Positions 15,531-30,490 of a DNA stretch of 64,000 nucleotides are shown in pieces. Position numbers and translations under genes: made by a program. This DNA comes from Octopus vulgaris. Lineage: Eukaryota. Each line of letters begins with the position of its first letter. Position 1 is the stretch's first letter. The notes under the pieces were generated by a model. The model was not told the origin of the DNA. It saw only the letters and a list, made by a program, of their open reading frames with translations, and did not search any database. The stretch is taken from the NCBI GenBank assembly GCA_951406725.2, contig OX597814.1, forward strand, positions 146,940,001 to 147,004,000, written 5' to 3'.

Positions 15531-15689
15531 ATTGTTTTTTTTTTGTTTTGTTTTAATCATTTGACTGCAGTCATACTGTCATCTCTAATGTCCCTGCTGT
15601 AAGGCTCCACTTTCACACACGCTAGCTTAATTCGTGCTTATTCGAAATACACCCTTTGTTATGTCCTGTTATTTGCATTTGTACTTGTG

Positions 15690-15930
15690 TACCAATTCTC
15701 CGTTTTTTCTTCCTTGTTTTTGTTGTTTTCGTATACATTCGTTGCTTTCTGCCAAGGAACGTAATGCTCCAGTATAACCAGCCGAAATTACAAAGATAAT
15801 CTGGAAATCGACTGAGGAAACTAAACTTCGAATGAACCATCCGTGTTTTTTCTTGTCCCTCTTTTGTATCATCTGTCTGAATGTTTTGTTGTCCCATTTT
15901 TTATTCCTTTTTATATACATATGGCGACGT
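15690..15930 (+). mobile_element. Diverged copy of the repeat at 44536-44790 (opposite orientation)
   Basis: cagccgaaatt..gactgagga..cttcgaatg..ccgtgttttt..ttgtccc matches the reverse complement of 44540-44790. Confidence 0.6.
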
Positions 15931-15943
15931 AGGTACTCATTGG

Positions 15944-16005
<62 letters not shown>

Positions 16006-16227
16006 CTATATACATACATGCGTGGATACACATATACATACTTTCATACATCCTGAGTTTCTGCTAAGCCATTGCATGTACCACGTCCTCGCGTTGTCTT
16101 TAGTTTTCGTTCTTTTGGGGATTTAATACACATATATATATATGTGTGTATGTGTGTGTGTGTGTGTGTATGTGTGTATGTGTGTGTTTGTATTTATATA
16201 TATGTATATATATGTAACTATATGTAT

Positions 16228-16269
<42 letters not shown>

Positions 16270-16485
16270 ACACACCTATGTTTGTATGCATTAAAACCGC
16301 GAACACCTGTTTAGCTCCCATGTGTAGTGAGTCCAATTTGAGTTCTAATTTTCGCAGATTGGAAACTCTTTATATTATAAAGTCATTATTTCTTTCCTTG
16401 GGACAACATATGCAATTACACATTTCATAAATTGGTTTCAGTATTTACATGAATTATTCAATCTTGGCTCTAAAAATCACCTGGT

Positions 16486-16530
<45 letters not shown>

Positions 16531-16685
16531 ATGTGTGTGTTAGTGTGTGTATTATTCATACTATATTATACATATACAAAAATATAGATATCTCTCCCTA
16601 TTTATACATACACACGCGCGCGCACACATACGCACACAAACATACACACGCACGCGTATATATAAATGCATACATAAATTCCTTT

Positions 16686-16789
16686 ATTCTTTTAATTGTT
16701 TTAGTCATTTGACTGCGGCCAGTAGAACTGAACCCGGAGCCATGTGAGTGGGAAGCAAGCTTCTTAACAGACAACCATCCCTGCGCCTA
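16686..16789 (-). mobile_element. SINE family A, internally deleted
   Basis: Tail gtcatttgactgcggcca joined directly to head actgaacccggagccatgtg. Confidence 0.8.
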
Positions 16790-16857
16790 CATATATATGT
16801 ACACATATAAATTTGCTGATATTTTCGTGTGTATCTGAATAAATATATGTACAAACA

Positions 16858-16896
<39 letters not shown>

Positions 16897-16908
16897 ATTT
16901 GTGTATAC

Positions 16909-16958
<50 letters not shown>

Positions 16959-18527
16959 GTGTATCGAAACACTCCCACGTGGCTGTGTATGTGTGGCTAG
17001 TATGTCGTGCTCATTTTTATATTTAGAAGGCTTATGTATCAATCGTTATGTACGGTAAATCTGCTTCAGAATTTTATATACATACGTTACATGCACTTGT
17101 ATTTTTGTCTGTAAAGACGAATGTGTTGCTTGCATATGATTTTATACATATCCGTAAGTAATTTTTTTGTTCTTTGTCCATTTACCGGAATGCGTTAGAA
17201 TTTTTATACTTCTTATAGCCTAAAGGGATAACTTTTTCTTTTTCTTCTGCAAGCTACTTTGACAGACATCAATACAAGTAGAAGCCACTTAATATTTACT
17301 ACATTATGTGCAGTGCTTTGTTCAGACAAATTCCACCGTATGACTAGTGATGGTCAATATTGAAGTAGCAATTGATCCTATAAACCTCTATGAAAGTTAC
17401 AGCAAAGCTTTGCACTTTAGTTTATGAACAAACAGAATAAATACGATGTCGTTGCGTTGTAGGAAACATTACATTATGGTGATTATAACTAGCATTGTGA
17501 CTCACTTCACCGCTCTTTCTAATATCTTCTATATTACTAAATTTAAGGTAAGAAAAGCGCTTTTACTGTTTCCTTCCTCCAATTACATTTAGTTATATGA
17601 ATAAGTGATGCTTCCTTTTCTGGCGGCGGTGAAAATTCGCGATCGGTAAAAGCGGCTGTAGCGCAGTCATACATCACACAGATATTATCAACGCATATGA
17701 GCATTATGTCACCTCACGTGCCTGCATGCTCTTCTACGCATATAATATTCTCATTACATAAAATGTGCATGCATTCAAATAAAGATACGCGCACTTACAC
17801 ACTCTGATACAAAGATAGCCACAATCAGATGCATAAAAATATGAATTTGCGTATGTCTGTCCAAATGAGAATATGATTGTAAATGTGTATAAATATAAAC
17901 AAGCACACACATCCAGTGTTAGAGACCGAGAAATACATATTCAATTACGTTCAGGGTCCATGTATGTGTATATGCGTGCATGCGATCGTTACATTAATTG
18001 ATACCCAGCACCTAATCCATGTTCCATTAAACAAATATGGCTATATACATTATATAGCAAATTGGTTAATGTGAAGCATATAGTCCGGTGTTATACTGTT
18101 CATTGATCACATAAATATTTGTGCTTGTAAGCGTTTTTACTTTTACATATGATTACATTGGATAATGGTTGCAAGATACAATGGATGTAAGGCAGACTTC
18201 TGGCTGAAATTCCAGAGAAGCTACTGACTTCATCAATATGATAGTAGACCAAGATATGTTCGATATATTGTATACGTACACGCACGCAAGCGCACACATA
18301 CATTCATTAAAATATCCATATATTTGTATATATGTATGTATGTATATATATATAAATATATATATATGTGTGTATGTGTGTGTGTAGTTATATATATATA
18401 TGTGTAGCTATATACTTATACATATATATATATACATATGTATATATGTATATATATATACATTCATATATAGTACATATGTATGTATGTATATATGTGT
18501 GTAAGTATACATGTATACTTGCATCTG

Positions 18528-18565
<38 letters not shown>

Positions 18566-18799
18566 AATATATATATACATGTATATATATATATGTATAT
18601 ACATATATATATATACATGCATATATATAAACATACGTACATGTATGTATATATACATATGTATTTGTATGTATGTATGTATTTATACATGTTTGAATCT
18701 GAGTAAAAGTATATATACATATATTTATACAGGTATTTATATAGTCGCAATTTCATACCATTAAGTTTGCGTATGCACATTGTCTTTTTTTTAATTTTG

Positions 18800-19556
18800 T
18801 CGATTACACAGTACTGTAGGAGCAGCTGGGCACCGTCTGTGAGAAATACAGCTCCATGACACAATTCACCCTACCAGAAATTTGGAAATGACATGTTTCG
18901 GAGTAGATCTGAGGACAGTTCAAATCTGAGGACATATACCGAGAGTGATAAAATTCAAACATCCAGTCAACATCGTGTAGTTTCGATTGATCACTAGTGA
19001 TGGTGACCTTATGCCTCCAATTCATCTTCTTACATGGCCTCAGATTCAAGACGGAGCCTACATCAATTCCTACAGGAGGTAGTACTGCCCTGGGTCAAGA
19101 GGGTGACCGAGGGAAGACCTTATGTCTGGTAATAGGACTCTGCACCATGCCACAAAAGCAAGAAAACCCAGTAAAGGCTGTCTGACGATTTCTGCTATTA
19201 CATCACACTAACATCTGGCCACCTAACTCCAAAGACTGCAAGCCTCTTGATTAATATGTGTGGGGTGCAGCTGAGCGAGAGACCAACAAAACTCCTTGTA
19301 ACACCAAAGATGAAGTGAAGGCAATGATTATGTCAGCATTCACCAAGCTAAACTAGGAGACCGTCCTGAAGTGTTGCAGGAGATTCCAAAGTCGTCTGAG
19401 GCTGAGGTTGAAGCCAATGCCGATTTTATAGAATACATTTACTCTTTAGTATTTCAATATGCTTTACTTAATTTTGGTAAAAATATGTTAAAATGTGATG
19501 TCTGCCATTTTCATTTTTGTGTAATTTAGACGACGATATATTCATAGCACCCTGTA
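18800..19556 (+). mobile_element. maT/DD37D transposon remnant with 3' TIR
   Basis: ITSDGDLMPP, WPPNSKDCKPLD*YVWG..ETNKTPCNTKDE..; ends catagcaccctg|TA. Confidence 0.85.
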
Positions 19557-20405
19557 TATGCATGTACATGAATATGCGTTTCTGTTTGCGTGTGCGTCTG
19601 TGTGTGTGTGTGTGTGTGTGTGTTTGTGCGCGTGTGAGGTGGGTCGTAAAAATATGCATAATTAGAATTTTGTGAGTTGTGTAAAAGTTACGGCGAGATC
19701 GTAAGCTATTCAAAATGTAAGATACGTCAACTGCTACCAGACACTAAGTTCTATACTTTAAACATGGGGAGGATAGTAGAAAAATAATTTGATCAGAAAG
19801 TATAGAGTTGGCGATAATACTATTGGACTATGGACTATATTAAATTGCTGATAATGAGTTAAGAGGTGTTTTAAGAGTAGAAGAGATGAAGTAATTCGGA
19901 AAGGCAAAGGCTGCTTTAAATTGATCGAAATAAATTCAGTGAAATGTTAGGAGTATGCTAGGCAGAGAAGTAACTATTAAGCACTGTTACTTTGATTTAA
20001 CAACAAATGTAAAACATATTTTCTTCATGGAACGTGTGACTATTTAATATCCACAGGAATATATGCATAAACACGTATGTACATATATACATATATGTGT
20101 ATATATGATTATACATATAATCATGTACGTACACTAAGGCATATACATTCGCACACATATAAAAATATACTTATATACGTGTATATATATATATATATAT
20201 ATATATGCATACATAAATGTATATAAATACATATACCTGTACATATAATGATGATGCATATTGTCATATACTCAAACAAAAACATATATCTATTTGTCTA
20301 TCTATCAATACATACATACATACATACATACAAACATACATGCATGCATACATATATATACATACGTATATCCATCTGTATATATCTTCATGTGTAATAA
20401 TATAT

Positions 20406-20444
<39 letters not shown>

Positions 20445-20818
20445 ATTATATATTATTTAATTGAACGCGACGCATCCATTTCCAAGTAAGTTTATCTTTA
20501 TTCATATGTATATGTGCTCTTGTATGTGAGTACATACCCACAAATGATTTTTCATGAAAACATCATATCCTCAAACTCTGTGAAGCCGGACTTAATTGTA
20601 AATCACCGTTAGTGATAATATTTTTGCTTCCAAGTTTTCCCGACGTACAGATGATTGACGATGTTATTCAGCCATTAAAAAAATAAAAGATTGTATTGAA
20701 TCTTTTACCCTTGGAATTAATATTTTTATCGTTGACAATATACAGAGAAAAATGTACTTATGCCTACATTAACAAATGTAGCTCGTGAAGAAATACAATT
20801 TATTTATATTTACATGGA

Positions 20819-21043
20819 TAAAAAAGCATTTCCTACTAAAGGCAGAGGGCAAAAGATTTTCATGAAGGAGTTACTCATTTACATCGACCACAGTGACAAA
20901 ATAGTATTTATTTCCTCCACTCCGAATGAATGACAGGTAAAGTCGACCTCGGACGAATTTGGTCTGAGAAGGCAAAAACGGACGAAACGCTGCTATGCAT
21001 TTTTTTCCCTGCGTGGTATCAATTCTGCCCGGTCGCTGCCTTA
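20819..21043 (-). mobile_element. SINE family B
   Basis: ggtaaagtcgacctcgg..aattctgcccggtcgctgcctt, shared with 37257-37452. Confidence 0.75.
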
Positions 21044-21274
21044 CATGAATAAAATTAATAACCCTAGAACTAGTCTTACATGTATAGAGAAATAGTTATG
21101 ATGGGTTACTGCTTGAAACTAATAAGTATCTTATTAATGTTATGGAAAAGAACATCATAGATGATTCCGTGTAGTATATAAACGCACAAAAAGTAAAATG
21201 TTTAAAAATATTCAATAAACATGGTAGCAAAAAAATATAAGGTACCAAACACACATAGACACAAGTGCGCGCGT

Positions 21275-21328
<54 letters not shown>

Positions 21329-21943
21329 ATGTACACACATTTATTTATATGCTTACATACGTACATACGTGTCTACATATATGGGTGTATGTTTGTGTGT
21401 GTGTATGTGTGCGTTTGTGCACATATTTGTTTGCTTAAAAAGGCCCATTTCCTTAAGTTCACTTTAGGTTTATATGAATAAATACAAAAAAAATATTGCT
21501 ATTCAATCTATTGTCATATCACTTAAAAAGCAAAATATTTATAAGCATATTCAGTAGAAAATAGTCGATAAATTTTATAGATTTATTCCGGGTAGCAACT
21601 TGGCGATCTACTTACTAATACCTCCGAAGCTAGTAATAATACGCACCTTTCATCTATGTATCGAAGGCCTTTTTAAGTTTATAAGATATATTCATATATT
21701 CAGTGTATTAAATTATGTCTTCAGTATTCATGACTTCACACCAACTAAGGTGCCACTATAAATACTCATTTGTATCAGTGTACTTAGTTGCCAGAAATCT
21801 TTTAAGATTATATTATTTAGCTTCACCTCTGAGAGGACTTTGAAACTGTTTAGTTATAAATAACTAAAGCACCAAGTGAAATAATTATCACAGTACTTTT
21901 TTAAACATACGCACTCAAATACTCACGCACACACTGACACATC

Positions 21944-21980
<37 letters not shown>

Positions 21981-22828
21981 GTAAATGTCAGTAGGTGTGA
22001 AAGATGAATATATTCATTAAACCAATTGACATCCTTAGGAATATGGCCGTTTCGCAAACACTTTTATGTAATTAAAATATCAGTACATAGTTGTGTTTGC
22101 AAGCCTGCATTAATGAGCATGTTACACGTTATACTATATAACTATATATTCACAAATTAATGCAAATTAAGAAACCTAGTTCATCAAACTAACAGAAATT
22201 CATGATTACACCAACCATTCTGCCCTAATTATGCATACAAAATATCTAAGCACGACAAAGGCTAGGCGAAACTAGCTTTGCATGGTCAGGGAAAATAAAA
22301 TATTTTGTTTCACATCACTTGGGGTTTTAGATTTAATTTCAGAGAATACACCATTCTTAATGTTACCAAAGAGAAGGAAGGGACAACCAAAGGAAATACT
22401 TATAGTAAATATAATATAATAGCTTTAAGTAGTGTACGAAAGTACATACAAAAGTATAGTATAAATGAATTAAATAAGGAACGGATAGCTGGAAAATATT
22501 AAACCAAAATTATTGAACAGTAATTTTCAGATCGAGTGAAAAGTTCAAAGGCCACACAAAATTATAGATTTTAATTTTGATCGCATTTTCTTTCCCTATC
22601 TCAAAATACGTTCAAGCTGAATGAACTGTAGTGAACTCAAAACTGTACTCGTAGCTACATAGAAGCATATAAACATATTCGTATACAAAACGCAGTGACT
22701 TCAGTTTTGCCTCTAAATTCTAAATTCTAAACTTAACAATACAATAATATAAATGCAAAAAACACATTACAATTCACATACACCTATATAAATATACATC
22801 CATACACTTATACAGGTATATATATATA

Positions 22829-22888
<60 letters not shown>

Positions 22889-23101
22889 GTATATATGCAC
22901 CGATAGCAGAATATAGGTGTATGCACATAACTAGACATTCACATACGCACATACATATACATATCTCAATCTAGCCAATATTTATATGGGTTCATATAGA
23001 AGCATATGGATGGAAACATATAGCCAATTAATAAAGCCAAAATGTAAACACTTCTCTCAGATCAAATGTGCGAACTGGATATATATATAATTTAATGAAT
23101 C

Positions 23102-23135
<34 letters not shown>

Positions 23136-24149
23136 TATGTATATATGCACCGATAGCAGAATTTTCGAGGTGTAGAGTCATAGAGCCACCTCTTTCTTTA
23201 ACAAATGACAGCAGTTTTTTTTTTATTACTACTGCGTCTTCTAATATTGTGAGTATGGTTCTACAATTGCCACGCTTTACTACATATAGTGTCCTTATTT
23301 AGCACTCCATTATATGTAACACACCGATGAAGAGTACGGTCATTGCTAACTGCTCCGCTTAGTGTCTGAATCAAGCCCTTCATATCTTATTTGAAGACAT
23401 TCGAATCAAGTTCATCAGGAACATTTTCCATCACTTTCAAATTTGAGCGCCCTATAACTGTTAATGACATGGACATTTTGCCGAGAAGTACTGGCATCGT
23501 AATGAGTTGATAACCATGAATGTTCAGCATTTCAGATAACTAAGAGTTACCTGAAGTTTTTCATATGCCACAATACCACACACTTCAAAAGGACCACTCC
23601 CAGTTATGCCTGATTAGCAAGTAAAACATACGCTGACATATACCTCTAACTTCTAAATTCACAAAACATTACAATGGAATCGTTGAGTTTATTTCTAAAC
23701 CTTCAGCTACAGGTGTGTTATTTGTCGCTGACTTCATAAACACTCTGATAATTCTTGTCATTACCCTTTGCCTCTTTTGTTCTTTCTTTTCTTCCGACGA
23801 TAGACTAAAATCGGAAAACATGTTTCTCTTTGTGTGCTTAGGTGATTAATTATATGAGTATCTAAATGACTGGAATCCCCAGAAATCCAGGGTGTGTGGA
23901 GGGCGCATTTTTAGTGCGGCATGGAATGCAAGATAGGAACACAAATAAAATTGATATAAATATTTTATGGGTTGGCGTGGCATACGCTTATGTTTGTGTA
24001 CTACAGAAATTTTTGAAACTAGTCTTTTAAATACTGGAGAAGATGGAGAATCTAATGGGGAGGTACTAAATCTATTTCAAAATTCAGCTCTCAGACGAAA
24101 ATTTCCCAACCCACTGTCATCAGCTTGAAATTTGAATTGATGCAGGTTG

Positions 24150-24760
24150 CACAATATTAACCAATCTTTTGGTTGGTACTCGTTATTGAGATGCTTCCTA
24201 TATCAACAGATTACTCACAAGATAAGAAGTAAAATGTAATCACCTAAGAAGGCATTCGTGCATAAGAATAGCAAGAAACCAAACTGATACGCAAATAGTC
24301 CAGGCTAAAAGAGATTGACTAATTATTTGATCAAGAATGCAGAAGAAACACGTAGTTTCACTTTCGCGCAATATCGACAGATGCAAGTCAGTTTAACACA
24401 GCAGAAGAAACATTGCCGAAAGTTAACGACCAGCCTGTACGAAGTTTAGGATTATGATGGGCTGAATATGTGCGATTAATTTATAGCACAAGCCCAGTAT
24501 GGCATTAAAGAAATTGAAACTATCTGTCAAATACAAGGCTTATGGTCTGTACTTTGGTCAATACCACAGTTTTGCTTGTTTCCTGTCATATACGAAGTGT
24601 TACAGTATACAATAAATATCATGCAGCAAAAATACAGTGTTTACATAAAGAAATTGCTCAGTATTTCTCGAAAGTTTAACACAAGAACACTATATCGAAA
24701 AGGAAGTCTATTCGTAGAAGTGTTTCCCAAAGTAAAGGCCAGGATACACTCCTGATATCC
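24150..24760 (+). mobile_element. Highly decayed RLE-type (HERO-like) LINE RT-downstream fragment
   Basis: DQPVRSLG and IKKLLSISRKFNTRTLY..EVFPKVKAR resemble the HERO-clade region. Confidence 0.4.
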
Positions 24761-25087
24761 ATATGTATATCTGAAAATATGTATATGTACATATGAATAG
24801 AAGTTTTACAAACAACTTGCACATGCAAAGGCTACCGGTCGAAAGCTCCGCATACCGGAAGCCAGCATGTGTGATGGGGTTATCAGATGAGAATGTGCGC
24901 CGTTTCGAGGCCTACCTATTGAAGGCATCACTGCGCACAGTCCCCTACCCACTCACCGATATGAGGACTCACTTGCTAGATCAACTGGTTATCAAATAAA
25001 GGTCAATATTCATCTAGCCATCGCTCCTCGTCTCTTTTTCACTAAATCCACTGGCTAGACTTTGCCACTGTACTTTATATATATACA

Positions 25088-25134
<47 letters not shown>

Positions 25135-25136
<2 letters not shown>

Positions 25137-25470
25137 CCCTTCTCCTCGACTTACGACCATCCACACTTACAGCCACAAAAAATAGGAATAAAAAATAAAT
25201 ATATAAATTAAAAAAATCGAGTTTTGGACGTTGGGCAGCTGCGCGTGCGACAACTATGCCAGTATCTTTCATCGCAGGTCTCCTCACACGCAGCCATCTA
25301 CTGCCTTCAACTCTCTGACGCTCAGTCGCTTTCTAGCATCAGTTACATTTGGATGAAAAGAGTGTGGATGAATATAATCCGACATACGACGAGATCGACT
25401 TACAACCTCTCAGTCGGATTGGAATTCGGTCGTAAGTCGATCTCGTCGTATGTCCGATTTATATTTTTCA
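25135..25470. mobile_element. Tigger/pogo-like MITE with sub-terminal hairpin
   Basis: cgacttacgac at the left end and gtcgtaagtcg at the right; 27-bp stem 25381-25407 / 25428-25454. Confidence 0.55.
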
Positions 25471-28400
25471 ACGTGGAGTAACTGGTTATTTTTGAGTCCT
25501 CGTCTACATGTTTTTGTTTTTAACTTTCTGTGCTTGAATGTTTGCAATTATTTGTTCTTTTACTTGCTTATAGTGATTAGAATATCAAATAATCTGGTTC
25601 CCAAATGACAAGGACAATACAGGCGAAAAGAAAAAAGATATTTAGATTTATAAAATTTAATTTGTTCAAGTCTTCAAATCTTCTTTGACTAAAATATGCT
25701 TTTATCGCATCATTTAGTTCTAATCTATATTTGAAATGTAGTCAGACAATATATCCCAAAGGGCTAATAGAACACGCGTGGATAGAGATGTTATTTTGGC
25801 AATAGTATTTTTAACTTTTCTTTCACCAAAATAAGTTTCAGTTTGTAAGTTAAATCGTTGAAGTGAAAAAGGCCCTTTATTTAGTGAGTTATATTTATCA
25901 CACTCTTTTTATTTGTGTGTCTGTCTGTTTGTTAATCGCCCAGTCTCTCTTTGCCTTTGTAATTTTAGCTCCCTTTCTCCACTTCACTTCTACACACATA
26001 CACATACACACAAAAAAGTAATCACGCTCACGCATACACACGCGTATATATATATATATATGCGCGTGTGTGTGTATGTATGCATATATACATACACTCA
26101 CATACTCAGATATATAGATTGATAATGGATATGTACGTATGTGTAACCATATGAAAGTACGTATAAATGAAAGGCAAATAGGATAAGAGAAAATGAAAAT
26201 TGTTCCCCCAGTGCCAATAAATTAGACCATGTCAACTAATATATAAACTAAATTCTTGCTTTATTAAAATAATATCAGCTTCTAGCGAAGTTGAACGAAT
26301 ATTTTGCTGATCATTGGAACCAAATCCTCATGAGAATTCAACAATCTTCCTTATCTCACAAGCCATGAAATGAAGTACAAGATGATTTTCTGAATACAAG
26401 TCCATTTCTGTGGGCACGTATTTCTATCTCGGCATCTTCCTTTCTTATCTGCTGCAGACGAAAGACGAGCACAAACAAAGTAAACAGACTAGAATACATT
26501 TACTGCATTTGCATAAATGAAACGATAATATGCCACGACTAATACAAATACGGAATCGAAATATATCCAGTAAGATATACCATATAAACGGGCAAATCCA
26601 TGATAGAAATCTTTATGAGAAATATTCATAACATATAGATAGCGTTATCCAAAAATCCAAACGGAGAAAATTAATGCCACAGACACTGTAATTTTCATCA
26701 TTTGCTTGTACTACTAGCAGTGAAGAAGCTCTACATATGAGCTAAGTAGTGGTTTAAAGAACACCTTGACGAAAGACTGAAAGTTTTCATACCTGATGGC
26801 CTAATTCAGAAGATTTATAACAGTACAATATATTGGCATAGAAAACGAATGAAGTAATTTTCAGCTAAGAATCATTTAAAGGAGATCCCATATGGATAAA
26901 TGGGATTTCTCTTGAATTGCACAGAATAAATGACAGTTTGTGTCTTATTTTCATGACCCGAAATGGATTGACTTGATGGATAGGCGTGGCGGGCCTTACG
27001 CTTTTTCATATGCTTGTATGCGGACCAGCAGGCTGTAACTGCAATGAATATACTTTAGTTCATTGTTACTTGTGAAGTGCATTGCAGATATGTTTTAAAT
27101 GCAGATTTCGCGAGAAATAACATTTCCTTAGAGAGCATTAATATGTGTTTAATAGAACTAGTAAGATAGATAGCAAATGAAAATAAAATGAGAGTGAGAG
27201 AGGGAGAGAGTGAGAAGGGAGTAGAGAGTAAGATAGACGGAAGAGATAGAAAGGGGAGAAATAGAATGAGTGAGCGGTAACATCAGCAGAAACATTAATG
27301 GAAACAGTTCATACGAAGAATGTTATCGCACTTGCTCCACCAGCAGATCTCAGAAGCCTTGAAAATCTGCACTCACCACTCAATTTCAAAAGTTGTCGAT
27401 TATGTAACATCCTTCTTCCATCCCAGTGGTACTCCATTGTCTTCTGCAAAGAGGGGGACATTAACAGTTAGCTATCATGATACAATATCGTAGCTTCAAT
27501 AAAAGGCATGGTAAGAGATAATGTAAAAAGAAAGGGATAGAAGATGCTCGTTTGGAATGTAGTGATTTTTCACATTGGCGAGAAACACCGATGTTCCTGT
27601 AACTAATAAGATAAATCGAACTAAATAATGAAGTTGAGCTTCTTAAAGTAGAGTCAGGTTCAAAAGATATTCCAAATTTAGTGCATTTGTAAAGTTTATT
27701 CTTTTTGATATAATATAAAATCTGCCTGCCCAGAGGAAAAACACTGTGTCATGTCACATTAAATCCCAAAAGTTTATACAGCTATCGTTTGGTCAAGTTT
27801 TGGGTTAGCAAATCTGATTTTGTGGAATAGAAGTATAGCAGAGACTCATTAAAAACTAAATTACTTATTTGATGAACTAATATTCAACTAATCAAGACAA
27901 AATCTTTCTTCTCAGTCTGTAAGTTCCAGGCACCATCCAATAAAGCGAAATGGTGGGATACCATCGTCATAGGGGCTCTGACGCAATGAAGCTTCAGCAG
28001 TAGTTGGTAGATTGAATAGGAGAAGAATCAGTTAAAATAGTTTAGAAGGCATTTGATATCAGATCTTGTGTTTCCATTATCAAAAAAAAAGACACGATGA
28101 GGGAAAATAATGCAGATGAGCCTTATGTGGACGGCCAACCTGCAATATTAGCAACCGAACATCAGTCGAATTATTTGTTGCTATATTTTAACGTAACCAC
28201 ATATAACTTAATAGATATCTGGTTGTCCTTGAATGAAACATGGACAACGTTAATAATGAATTCTTCTGCAAAATTCGAAGTAGTTATGGTTGCATCAAGA
28301 ACATAAATCGTGAGAACATACCATAGTGAAAGCCCTTACGGAGTTGATGAAAATGCTAGAAATATCATCCAAAAACGTCGCGTATAGCATCGTAGGATTT

Positions 28401-28944
28401 GAAGTCTTAGATAGCTATGAATTGCTGGGCAGGGAATGTTTCTGAGAAGAGATTTTCTTCGCGATGTCTAATCTGATCTTGCCACAAAAGGCACAGCAGC
28501 TACTCTCATGGCGAGTAAACAGGAGTAGCTTGATCTAGTGAACATAACAACAACATTCTCTGGTAGGCACGGTAACGAAGACCTAGGTATATAAAATTCG
28601 ACGACCTTGTCCAGAATATTCTTGAGCATTGGTTTACAACAGCAGAACAGGTGAAAATTAACGAAAAATATTCTAGGCGACCATCACAAGATTTCCATAA
28701 ATTTAATCAAATGACATACATTGAATAAAATGGGTATTTATACTAATGATGTTTAAATGAAAATGAACACCCAATTAATATTGTAACGTCTTTGGTAATG
28801 ATTATTTGATGATTATTTGATTATTACAGACTGAGTTTTCAAAATTACCTTCTCCTTTGATATATGGGCTTGCACCACAGTGGGGAGTTTTCATCAGTAA
28901 TATAGTTATTCTAATACAGATATATATCTGTACTATAATGGTTT

Positions 28945-29153
28945 CAAATTTTAACGCAAGAGCAGCAATTGGGGGTGGGGAGAAGTGAGTGTATGACATC
29001 GACTCCAGTGTTCAACAGGTACATACATTATTGACCTCGAAAGGTTAAAAGATAAAGTCGACCTCAGCGGAATTTGAACTCAAAGCGTAAAGACGAACAA
29101 AATGCTGCTAAGCATTCAATCCGGCGTGTTATCGGTTCTGCCACCTCGCCGCC
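28945..29153 (-). mobile_element. SINE family B
   Basis: aaagtcgacctcagcggaatttgaactca..ttctgccacctcgccgcc. Confidence 0.8.
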
Positions 29154-29236
29154 TGTTTATCTGTACTATAATGCCAACATAGAGCAGACGTTGCCCTTTC
29201 ACAGGAAAGCGAAAATACGATCGTTGCTTCCTCCTC

Positions 29237-29237
<1 letters not shown>

Positions 29238-29272
<35 letters not shown>

Positions 29273-29420
29273 GTCGTTGTTGTCGTTGTTGTTGTTATCT
29301 TTGCTGTTGCCGTTGCTGCTGCTGCTGCTGCTGCTGTTGTTGTTGTTGTTGTTGTTGTTGTTCTTCTTCTTCTTCTTCTTCTTCTTCTTCTTCTCTTCTT
29401 CTTCTACCTCTTCTTCTTTT
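29238..29420. repeat. Compound (TTG)/(CTG)/(TTC) trinucleotide repeat
   Basis: Seen directly. Confidence 0.95.
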
Positions 29421-30457
29421 TCTTTAAAGTAGGCAACTGCTTAAATAAATTTTGCATAAAAATTATAGTAATTACGATTGTGTTTAGAATATTATCGCAA
29501 TGAAATATAATATGTTCCAATACTTTTCTAAAAGCCAGACTCATTCTAAAACCAATAACCAGAAGCTTCACGTAATCTCACTCTCTAATAACCCATCAGA
29601 AACACAATCACCGTCCTTCGACAAATATATGTAGATACGAAAACACACCAATAAACGTAATCACACACACACGCACACACACATACGATTAAATGTGTAC
29701 AGTTTTAATAAACCTGTTTTGGCGAGTATATGTGTATGAATAAATATGAGTGCTCCCTGCGAATATGTCCAAATGTGGACAACTATAATTGTTTGAGCAT
29801 GTCCGCAAATAGTTTTCGCATGATACTGCCATAACAATCTAAACTCCAGCTGTTTATCATCTATGTGTCTTTCGACGCGTCGTCAAGGAGTTATTTGTTG
29901 AAAATATGTATTAATAAAAATAGCTCCATCATCATAATTATCATCATGATCTTCGTCATTATCATCATTATAATCTTTATCATTAAAACATTTATGAGTA
30001 AAACAAATACATTATCGCTGAAACCCGCTTAAAATGTTTCACACTCACAAACGTTTATAAAAACACTCTCATATGGAATTTCAGCTAAACAGTCTGTGCA
30101 CCTTACCACCTTCCAATGTATATCCCTAATAGGTCTGGACATTTTCAATTACATTAAGTATGATATAAAGAGACTCATGGGGATTCAGCAACTGACTTTG
30201 TATAACCATACTGAAATTTGTTAATACAGTGATAAAGAAAGTAACTACTACTATGCGTAACACACGCACAGCATTACGGCAATCCACATTTACAAATCAA
30301 AGTTCTTTACACAATCGTTTAGAATGTCAGACACGTCTATCAAATGGCCTCCGTTTTTGTCAATGTTCTCTCTCACACTTTCTCTGTCTCAACCCTCTCT
30401 CTCTCTCTCTTGCTTGGTCTCTCTCATGCATATAGAAACATATAATCACATGCATAG

Positions 30458-30490
<33 letters not shown>

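Noticed and set aside
26200-28700. Possible ancient RTE-like LINE debris
   Set aside because: Too decayed; no motif I can support
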